A DNA stretch of 58,397 nt, the filler included, from Sphacelaria rigidula (taxonomy: Eukaryota): the NCBI GenBank assembly GCA_964200075.2. It is 6 parts of 6 records of this genome, joined end to end, with 100 filler letters (N's around TTAATTAATTAA, not from the genome) between each part and the next. Parts side by side here need not be neighbours in the genome. Positions count along the whole stretch, not along the records: positions 19,501 to 29,150 come from CAXNAA020008035.1; positions 29,251 to 38,899 come from CAXNAA020008036.1; 4 more parts are not named here. One strand, 5' to 3'. The translations under genes were made by a program, and so were the position numbers. Position 1 is the first letter of the stretch. Every line of letters begins with the position of its first letter. Positions 24,979 to 35,947 of this stretch are shown here, piece after piece. The notes beneath the pieces are model-generated. The model made no database searches. It was not told the DNA's origin and was given only the letters and a program-made list of their open reading frames with translations.

Positions 24979-26666
24979 TTACAGGGGAGCGTTTCGAGCT
25001 CGCACAGCGTGTTCATTACAGGCATTGCAACCCTAGATCAAGCAGTCAGCGCTGACTACTTGGTCTTGGGGTGGAATTCCCCTCACGAAGAAAAGGGGTG
25101 TTATGGAGCTCGACAGCCCTTCAACGCGATCCTCCGGTTTCCCCTCGCTAACGTTGCAACTGAAACGATCCAGTGCCTCTAATGTCTTTGCTCGACTATG
25201 AGAAATATCTCTACCGCCCTTGCAAATGTTTGGAAGAAGTGGTCGCGTCGAGGGTCGAGCTCGGCACTTTTTTTGCTCGTCAGAGGGACTACTTGGTGTA
25301 GCTAGTGGTGGATTTACCTCTTCCGTAAAAATAGACCCGAGTTCGACTCTCGGTGTGTCCACTCTTTCCCATAGTCGAGGAAAGACGTTAGAGGCACCAG
25401 ATCTTGTCCGTTGCAGCCTTGGCGATGGGAAACCCGGAGGATCACGCCAAGGTACTCTCAAGCCTACAAACACTCCTTGTGTTCGTCAGAAGGATTTCAC
25501 ATACATCTAGGCCAGATAGTCAGCGTCAAGTGCTGTCTAGTGGTGAAATCCTTCCAGCAAACAATCCCTCGAGCGAATACAGCGACCGGACTTGGCTAAG
25601 CTCGCCCTCTGAGTGTACGAGCTCGATCGCGGTTCTCGCGCTTCGGTTTGGGAAAAATTATCGAAATTGATCGGTATCGAAGTGTCTAAAAGTTTGACAT
25701 CGTATCAAATGATGAGTGGTTCGATATCCAACACTAGTCTGCAAGATATGAGTCAAACACGGGATTTTACACACTGCGGGTGGACTTACTTTTGGGGATA
25801 GGCCTTGGGGCCTTCATAAGCATCGAGATATTTTCGGAAAGAAGAAAATGCACTCTCCGATCGTGATGTGTAGCCTCGTTCATCCTAAACAAAACGCACC
25901 CGTAATTTCTTAAATCCTGTGTTTTTACCCAACATTTCGACCTCCGTTCGTTCCCGTACAAAACAATTGTTCACGTTCGTCAACTCTCCTGTTGACACGT
26001 GATTTCACACATTGTGGATGGGTTCGGTTCTAGGATGAGCACGACCACACACCATGGCCGGGGAGTACCTTTGCATTTTTCGAAAATATTTCGATGCGTG
26101 TAAATGTTTCCCAGGCTCATCCTCGAAATATCACCCGATCGCGATTTGTAAAATCACGTTACTATGTGATGGAGTGGTACAAAAAAACGGACAGATATAT
26201 ATATATATAGTGGTGTTGCAGGTGTTGTGCGTCATATATATTGTCGAAAAATACTCCGCGATGAGCACTACTACCACTCACTGTTGCAGACTCATCATGA
26301 GTCATTTCTATTGTTCCCGGTTTGCGCAAGTTTCGACGGAAATTGTGCTTGACGACGCTTTTGTAACTCTTGTCCGCGATTGTCGCAGCAGAGATGGTTT
26401 TGGGTCGGAATCGCGTCCAACAACGTCCATTGAACAAAAGCCGAGCAGACCAACATGAGCGCATTGGCCAGGCAACCGCTAACAACCGGTATACCACCTG
26501 CATTTCCTCCATGAATAGGTGTGACTCAAAATACACTTCAGAAATGCAGAAAAATAATGCAGCCGCCTGATTGGCGAAATCACGCTGCTGACGTATTCTG
26601 GCGAAAAGCACGCGCGGTGTACTTGTTGGTGACAACTCCATTTGGCTTTCACCGTTTTTTGGTGAT

Positions 26667-28432
26667 GGCTTCACCGGTTTTGGCGACCGACGTGCCTGAC
26701 GGGAGGTTCCTGTTCAGCCCCAAAACATGTACACGTCACCATGCTCTCTGTTACCTTTCGGTAGCTGGCCGCTAAATATCGGGAGTCTTGTTTGGTCATT
26801 TTAAGCACCACCATCCCAACCCGTGGAGGGCACAATCCACAATCACGCGGCTGTTCCACAGCTTCGAATTGGACGGGCAGATAAATCACGGCGGAGCGAG
26901 TACACAGTTACTGTAGTCAAGGGTCTGTCGAAAAATGGTTTCTGGACACGTAGCCCCCAAGATCGAAAACTTGAGTTTCTGAGGAGGGGGGACACCCAGC
27001 CTGCTGTCCCCTAATCGTTACCGAGGCGTTGCCGGATGCGGTAAGCTGCCGTGTGCAGATGTTTTTGGCACGGAGATCGATGAGATGGCGGACACGCCCC
27101 CCCCCCCCCGAGCTCATCACTTACCAGGATCATATTTATGAGATCATGTTCCGTGCCGTGTGCCTCGAGTACGTACCAGTAGTCCGGGCAAGTTTGGCGA
27201 GGCATGAGATAATGTTGCTACTTTGACGGCAGGCTGTCGCTACCGTGCACTCGTGTGCATACATGTGTGTGAGCGTGGCTGGCATCCGAGGTCATCGGGA
27301 CAGAGTGGACATGGAGCAGAGGCAACTATCCGAATCTCGCAAGGCCCACCAGATGTTTCCGTTTTTGTCCGTGGTTCTTGATCGATTTCTTCAACAATCA
27401 ACAATATTGACGAGAAAAATCACGAAAAATCATGGCAATTTTCGAACTATCGCCCCCTGGGAATAAGGGGGGGGGGGGGTGGCTCCGTGTCCGAAACTCT
27501 TCTCCCGACGGACCCTTGCTGAAGTCGAAAACAAAATGCACACGTCACTCACTGATTGTCCTCGGCTGGCGAGGGGTGTCGAGTCAAGCAACGGAAAAGG
27601 GAAGCTGCAGCTAGCTTGTGTTCACCCGCAAAAAGTAATGCACACCTTACAAATTTACAGCTAACGTCAATGAAAGCGCGTCAGTTTGCAGCCAGACAAG
27701 GTATAGACACGTGCCGAAGCACAGTGCGGACAGTGCACATGCACACAGCGACAGCAATCCCGCAGCTTGAGAGAACTGCCGACTGTGTGGCCATGGCCCT
27801 CTCTTGTGGGTGACTCTCTGGCGGGTGTAGGCCAATACGTGGAACAGCAGACGGTAGGCAATTCCAGGCCGAAACGAAACACGGCAGAACCCGAATGGGC
27901 AGATATTTCCATATTATCGTCATTGCCTGCTGCGAAAACGAGCGGAGGCTGTGAATGCAGCGCCCCCCGGGACTGAAACGGTGCTTGTGTGCGTGTTTGA
28001 TGCATTCCTCCTGAGCAGTGAAATGTTCTACTCATACTGGTGATGTTCCTGGTAGGATGGCGGTGCGTTTTGCTTTGGACCACAGTAACTGTGGTTTTGC
28101 TCCGCCGTGATTTTGTTCGCCCGTCCACTTCGAAGCTGTGCAACTGCCGCGTGATTGTGGGTAGAGCTCTTAACCCTTGAATGGCGAGAGTAGGTCACCT
28201 GTTGACTCGGCATCAACATCACTTTTAAAAAGGGTGCATGATCCCGATGGACAACACTCGCGGTCTAAGGGTTGACGGGTTTAGATGTCGGTGATCGGAA
28301 TGACGAAACAAAATTACCGATATTCAGCGGCCAGCCGCCGAAAAGTAACAAAGGATACGGTGACGTGTACGTGTTTTGGAGCTGGCCGGGAACCTGCGGT
28401 CAGGCATGTCGATCGCCAAACATCGGTGAAAT
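26667..28432. mobile_element. Non-autonomous element with long diverged inverted arms
   Basis: 26667-26800 matches the reverse complement of 28299-28432, and 26821-26920 matches the reverse complement of 28073-28175. No transposase ORF is seen and the true termini are not located. Confidence 0.65.
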
Positions 28433-29150
28433 CGTTGGTGCTCGCAACGGATAGGTATATAGCACGTGTGTGAGGGATAACGTGCTGCGAACACATGAAT
28501 TGAGAGGGCGAAGGCGAGGTGGGAAAACGTTTTCGGAAAAACAAACAAACGTTTTTTTTATTCTCCGAAGGAGGGGGGCCGAAGGAGGGGGGAGGGGGGT
28601 GGTAGGGGGGGGGAGGGGGCGGGGGCTATTCATGATCATGCATGACAGGGTCATGAGACAGACCCTTTACCTCGCATCACTACAAAGCCGGGACGGAGAA
28701 CGCCGGGTTTTCGCCGGACCAGGCTCGCACTCAATCACCAAGAGTGAAGCGCCGTGGTGTGTTCGGCGAGTCGCATGAACGGTGAGCTGCATCTTGCTAA
28801 GATTGCTCGGCCCGAAGCGTACTGGTTATCTTGCATTTGGATGATAGCCCACTACAATGAACTGCTTCATTTCCTTGTATCATCACTTTCAGAGACAGTC
28901 ACGGCTTACACGCTGCCTCATAGGTGTCTCACCATTCAAACAGTACGCAGAATCCTCAGTGTGCGGAGTTGAGATTCTCCCACGCCGCACAACATCATCT
29001 AGCTCGACTACCATCATGGTTGCCGCAAAAAAAAACGCAAGCGCGGAAAACGAAATCGGTAACCTGGTTGCCTAGCTTACGCAGTGAGTGGCGTGTTTTA
29101 TAGCGCTATCGCCAACCGACGCCAACCCCATCGGGGGTTGACGGGGGGGG

Positions 29151-29250
29151 NNNNNNNNNNNNNNNNNNNNNNNNNNNNNNNNNNNNNNNNNNNNTTAATT
29201 AATTAANNNNNNNNNNNNNNNNNNNNNNNNNNNNNNNNNNNNNNNNNNNN
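29151..29250. other. Artificial assembly linker
   Basis: N44-TTAATTAATTAA-N44. Confidence 0.98.
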
Positions 29251-29503
29251 GCCAGCGGAAGGCGGCGGATGCGTGGTCACCGGGCAAGGGGTTAAGGCGT
29301 GCGCCCATCCGGTCTGCCCCCCCCCCCCTCCCCCCCTCCTTGAAGAGAAAATCGTCGTGTCCAAGATTCGTCGTCACTATTCTGGCAGATATACGATCCA
29401 CAACAGCATCCTCCCTGCTTTCCCCTTCTCCTCTTCATGCCACTTCTGTCGAGTACGCGTGATAATCCCATACGCAACAGCTCGTCGTTAACGCCTGTTC
29501 TCT

Positions 29504-29545
<42 letters not shown>

Positions 29546-29735
29546 ACCCCCCCCCTCACGCTTTTCGAGACCGGACAGAAAGTTTAGTAGTANNNNNNNN
29601 NNTGCCACTTCTGTCGAGTACGCGTGATAATCCCATACCCAACAGCTCGTCGTTAACGCCTGTTCTCTGTCCCCCCCCCCCCCTCCCCGCTCCCCCGAAA
29701 TGAACAAACACGTCGCATGTGTTTGGTGAACGCAG

Positions 29736-29836
29736 GAGACGGAGTTTGAAAGCGTAAACACCGCAGAGCCGTGGAAGCAGAGCGCGGGGGGCCTTGCGGC
29801 ACCGCGGACGTTTGCTGCTCGATTTTTCGTCACCAG
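29736..29836 (+). CDS. RME-8-like exon (ETEFESV...AARFFVT)
   Basis: AACGCAG| acceptor, AG|GTAAAC donor; phase 2 joins the next exon as Arg. Confidence 0.75.
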
Positions 29837-32800
29837 GTAAACGAACGCTGCATGGCCGTATCTCGAGGCTTACTCGGCGCTCGACGCGAGTTTCCCTTGT
29901 TGAATTCGAGCGCCCATGATTTACCGTCATCAGGCATAACCCACCGGGACGTGTCGTCATTGTTACCTCTCCAAGACTTATCATTTGATCTCAACAGGAA
30001 CGGCCTGGGATTAAGGGGGGGGGGGGGGGGGGGGGCTCCTGCATGAGCTGGAATATCAGGTCCACATTAGGGGCACCTAGCTCCGCCGAGCCATGTCGCT
30101 CAAGTTGTTTGGTTGGTTGATCGTCGGGTACCATTCTTTGCCAGGTGATGAGCATTGTGCGTGTGTTCCCTGCTTCGTTGTGCGTTGATGCATGTGGAGG
30201 CTTGCGCAATGTTTGTGTACATCTTCCCATGTGTGTGATGGAGAAACGGCGTGGAATCGAGTGGTGGGCGGTAGCAAAACCTCACACACGTGCTCTTATT
30301 TAACGCTGAATCCTCGAGGGTCGATTCCCCTGCTGTGCCGTGAAAAAAGCGTGCGGGAGAATTGCTCGTTATGGGACTACTCCGATGACCCGCCTAAGAT
30401 TTCACAGGGGGATATGAGTATCTGTACCGTTCGATTTGGAACACGATTCGCCGCCACTCTTGACCGTCGTGAGTTCCTCGTCTACTCTGTTTTTTTCGGC
30501 TCTTGCATTTGCCGTGAACGCAGGTTGGGCTTTATGCGTCGGAAGTGCAGACGTATGATGGCCTTCACCAGCGATCGTCTTTACATTGTACGGGTAGAAG
30601 ACGGGCGAGCGAAGGCTAGCTACCCCATCAAAAGCGTGCAATTAGCGCCCTCTGACAAAGTGAACCAGGCAAGTGGTGTGTGAGTGGAATGCACGAGGTT
30701 CATCATGCTTTACCGCAGGTATGAGAACTGTTGTGATGATCACCCATCATTCGCCCACCTCCTCTATATAACATACCTGCACGAGTATTGTTCATCTCGC
30801 GGCCTGGTTCTCATCGTTCAACCTTCGCTCCCTGTGCCGATGTGCTCCTGTTCTTCTGTGAGGAGAATGTATGCCTAATAAATATTATTAGCGGTTGCGA
30901 CACTGATCATGAGTCGCATGCCCTCCTGTCGATAACGATGCCCTGTTATTAATTAATCGCCAAATGTACGGGTATCATGCTCACCAAATGTAATGTAACT
31001 GTTCCGATATTGATCGTGAGTCATTCCACCTTGATTTACGTACGAAGTATATTTGTTGTCAAGTCAGTCACCGCCCTCGCGCAGTTGAATAGGTCACCGT
31101 TTGACCCAGTTTTCACTTTTTGACGTCCCAATGCGCCACCCCCCCCCCCTCCCCCCGACTCCATCGGTGATGCCTTGCACTTTGTTTTTGTTTATCTCTG
31201 CTGCACCAATTCACAGGGTAAGGGCATTATCTTGACGAGCGACATCGGAAACGTACGGCACCAGTACAAGTGCAGGGACCGCACGAGCCTCTTGGCGGCG
31301 TTTTCCGAGCTGCAGGCAAGCGGGATGAAAAAGTGGTGGTCGGTTGACGGGAAACTACGTATGTAGACTTGACTTCCCCGGGAGCCTGAGGTTTTTTTTA
31401 ATGCAAGATAGCATACCGTACAAGCCAGACGAAAAAATATGCAATCAAACTTGCCCCTGGCCGCGAGACGCGGTCGATTGGAAAGTATTTCCCCTTTGCG
31501 GGAACCGACTCGGCTTTCCATTCATGTACGGACGCATTGGGACCATGCATTGGGCTGCCCGACAGATAACCTTTCTACATGATTGAAATATGCAAGAAAC
31601 GAGGACGGTTCGCGTGGTTGACCGCCGTCTAAGACAGGGATCCGTACATTCAGTGCCGTCCGCTCGAAGTATCCTAGATGATCTAGCGGGTCTTGATCGA
31701 AACTGCCCTGCTCGTCTTTCCTTGGCTCACTCTTCGGACTCTCAACCACTAGTGCCACTCCAAGGTCGTTAGGTATACACGCGAACAAAAGCTCCCTCAT
31801 GACAAAAGTCCCCCCTTTTTTTTTTTCTCGTGCATTCCTCTCTTCTTTTTCCTGGTCGCGTTCGTCGTGTTCGCATCTGATGTGTCCGTCTTCCTCGCGT
31901 ACTCGCGCTGGGACCCCACCATGCGGGTCGATTTTTGTTTTTCTTCAGGACTCGGCGCGCGACAGGCCTTTGAATCTACTGTTCCAGGTTATAAAGAGGA
32001 GTAAGACGCGCGGCGATGTGAAGATGACTCTGCGCGTTGGCCCAACGTCGCTGGATCGCGTGGACGGGGATCGTCTGCAGCACCGAGTGTCTTCCTTGCC
32101 GCTTTTGAGTGTGCAAAAGGTGTACCTTTTCACGGATGATGCCACCCAGGTACGGTAGATATTCGTATGCGTGTCATGTTTTTGTTTTCTCTGAAAACGT
32201 CAAGTTTGCCTTTGATTCCAATCTTGTGCCCCTGTCGAGATTTGGAACAAACGAAATTATTCTTTGAGACGTTTCGTTTCTTTTTCCGTCACCTCATGAG
32301 GAGAGATGAAGTTGTATCGGTACAAAGCATCCTCCGCTGTGAAACCCGTGTGCGCTACCCTTTTCTCGACGGCAAAACCTGTGTATACTCTCTCCATAAT
32401 ATCTAATCACATCAGTGGGTCGTATAGTATTTGAGGGTGATGAATGATGTGATGGATTACCGATTCCACCAACCGTGACCACCCTCCCCACGAAAGTAGT
32501 ACATGAAACGCCGAGATCAGCATGATGAGGAACACATGCTATCTTCTGCTGTCAATGCTTTCTCCTTTATTGTGAAAGTGAAACATGGGTTGCGGCTTTC
32601 CGCTTAGGGCGTGCAACTGATTTCGTTCAGGATGATCACGTGGCCGATGATTTTATAGAGGAACAAGAACGAGGCTACCGAGCAACAACATGAACCTGAC
32701 ACCGTTACGGACACATTCCTCTGGAGGAGTGTCCGTTCACGGCTCTTCTTATTCCTTGCCCTCATCTCCCGTGTTTTCATTCATGCAGATGTTGGTGGAC

Positions 32801-35800
32801 TGTCATGGGGGCCGAAGACGCAGGTATTGGTGTGCGGCTCGCGATTCTCTTGTTCGAGCCATGGAGGATCATCTCAGGAAACTTGGCCGGACTGAGGAGG
32901 AACCGTTGCCGGTCGAGAGGGTTGGCACGTGGGAGGTAATGTCTGTCGTATTTAGTTGTATTTTATTTTCTTGATATCTGTTTTTTTTTCGTTCTACTCG
33001 TACGAGCTGGGCGAGCCTAGGGGCTGCATAAAAGTTTGCAGGCGGATGCGCCGGGCAATATTTGGAGTTTAACCCTGAAATTCGGTATGGATAACGCACA
33101 GGGCATCATAAAAAATCGGGAAGAAGCGCATGATTTTTTTTTTTTCGTGAGATGAGAGCCTTTTGCTGAAACCTGAAAAGTGATTATTGCCCTTGACTCA
33201 CGAAAAAAAAACTTCATGTGCTTCCTCCCGATTTTTTATTATGCTCCATGCATTGTCCATACCAGATTTCAGGATCCAACTCTAAATATTGCCCGGCGCA
33301 TTCGCCCTTTGAGAATCGGATCGGTAGAAATTCGGAACAGTATTTCGCAGGCCACCCACCGGCCCACGTTTGGTTGTTGTGTATTCAAATTTTGTGTGGG
33401 CCCTCGTCAGCGCGTGATTAACAAAACTCAGTAGTCCATATTAATTTCAAGTCATTTTTCCACTGGTTGAGGGCGTTTTGGTGTAGTAAAGACCATTTCT
33501 TCACGATAACGCCTTATCCTCTGAGAAAAAAAAATGAAGGCCCATTTTTTTTCTATCCGATACTCTTTTGTGGTCCTGCATGCTAACTTTTGGATCAAAA
33601 TTCTAAAACTTGAGCTTGAACATTGAGATAAAGCCTGACAGAGTTGTACATTTCTCCTCAAAACTCCACTAAAAACACGAAAAAAAAACTAGAGAGAAAA
33701 TTAAAGAGGTAACAAGCTGTTTTTGTTTGTTTCTATAATGCACCAGCGGTTCACCACACGAAATGTTATGGAACAACTCTCAAAAACTGAGACGCTATAT
33801 CCAGATTCAGGGCATCTAGTGCCTCTGCTCGTAATATATCGATATTAGTATGAAAACTTATGTGCGCCATATCTCGGGATAGATGACGAATTAGGTGAAG
33901 GTGAAGGTATCTGTCGTCTCCCCTTACTTCAGAGAAAGTTCACACTGGAATTCGTTGCCATCCGCTGAATGCATCGATCGGGGGTTCCATAAAGATTTCA
34001 GTATAGGCGCTATCTCCCTTAGGTATAGGAATTACTAGACATGGGGTTTAATGAAAAAGAAAATATGGGCCCAAAAGTTTAAGCAGATGCTCACCTGCCC
34101 CTTGATTAGACGATTAATACGATATGCCGATCACGGCCCAACTCGTCTGTGTCGATGAAATATTGCTTTTCGAGCTTAAATCCGTTTGAAGGCTGGCCCA
34201 GCTCGTACCGCTGTTGTAATTTTCGTCTATGAGTCGTGATTCAATTTCAGGCCCTTTCCCTCCACATGGGCTCTCCGTGCGTTTTATGAGTATAATTGTT
34301 TCTTGGTTAACCCTTGAACGACGAGTGTAGTCCATCTAGATCATGCGTAGTTTTTTCAAGTGAAGGTTAATTGATTCAACAGATGACCCCAACTGTCGTC
34401 GTCCGAGCATCACCCTTCGAACGCGGGGGTAGGGCACCTACCAAACCGGCATCAATTTTCCTTGAAAAAGTGTGTGATCCAGATGGAATACCCGCGTCGC
34501 GCCCTTTTGGAAACCATCGGTGATTCATGTGTTCGTGAATCGGCATCATTTCCATTTTCCAGTCAAGATAATGCCGAGTCATCAGTGGGTTGCCAAAGAG
34601 ATGGTTGACGCACTAGTACGCAATGATGGGTCTCCTTAGTAGAGCATGGGGATGGAGATGGTTCGGTACACAGGGCGTTTAGTATGTACGTACTGGGTGA
34701 AGGTCACACCCCTGTGTACGGGAGCATCATTCTGTACTGTGGGCATTCCTTTCGTGAAACTTCTCGGGCCGGACCCCTACACTGGTTTGCCGCCAAACCA
34801 AGAGGCATCTCCGGTGGGTTGGAATCGTTGTTGATGGGTGAGATGAGGGAGGAAGACGATGTGCTGCGTGTCGAACTCTTTTTACACTCAAGACATTACG
34901 TGGTCAATACAGGCCGGACCGCGTAAAAAGCTCACTTTCTTCCAGCCCGTCGTAACTGACACATCGTGGCGATCGGCGAATCAGCGCGCATCCTCAGATC
35001 CGTGTTACCCCGCGATCCGACAACGCCCCATCAAACGAAATACCAAACTGTAGTCAAGTGCGAAGTGTAGACAGTGAGGGTACTATGTGCGGCGGAATGA
35101 GCCAAAATAAATTCCGGCTGAAGTGAATTTTCGGTTTCAGCCGTTTTTGCCGCGTGTCGCTCCACGAGCTGCGATTGTACAAGAATACATGTCGCGATGG
35201 GCACGCAGACGAGGCCGCCAGCGCGCTAAGGCGTCTGGTAACAGTCTGCGAACCAACGAGCAGTTCGTGAAGCCCTCTGAGCCGAGAGTCCAAAATGTTC
35301 CGTTGTCAATAACTCACGACCTGAAAGAAGAATTATAGGGGGGGGAGTAGGGGGTCTTGACGCGTACGTCTTATACATCATTTCAAAATTTCATCAAAAC
35401 GACTCAAAATTTTGCTCGAGACTCGCGTGTCAACATTCCTGTTCGTATCTTGGGCGGCCCAGCCTGTACTCGTAGTTGTAATGGGTCTATACTTTACACA
35501 GGCCATTTTTCCACATGTATCGCAATTCTTGACCACATGCTATTGAGGGTGTCATAATAGTGGCAACGACGACGCCAACAGCACATGTGACTATTTTGGC
35601 CGCTTCTTGTAGACTGAAAAAGTCTCGGATAAGGGTCATTTTTTTTACGACTTTTCTCAGAGACTTTTTCCAGATGAATCAATTTTTAGAACCCCACCTT
35701 ATGGTCCATGAAAAAATCCTGGGGATATGTGCACCCGGGGCCATTATCTAGCCTGCGTGCAGACGCTGGCAGTGGTCATCATTTGCATTTTGTGCTTGTG

Positions 35801-35874
35801 CCACCCGCGGTGAGCCTGCGGTAAATCAACACGTGAATAATCCTGTCGAGGTACAGGATGGATGGGATGGCAAC

Positions 35875-35947
<73 letters not shown>

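Noticed and set aside
25033..25960. Minus-strand coding remnant
   Set aside because: Multiple stops and frameshifts with no identifiable motif; insufficient support.
29437..29700. Tandem duplication around poly-C; poly-Pro and poly-Gly ORFs
   Set aside because: Near-identical ~75-bp copies flank a 10-N gap next to a C homopolymer, which indicates an assembly overlap artefact.
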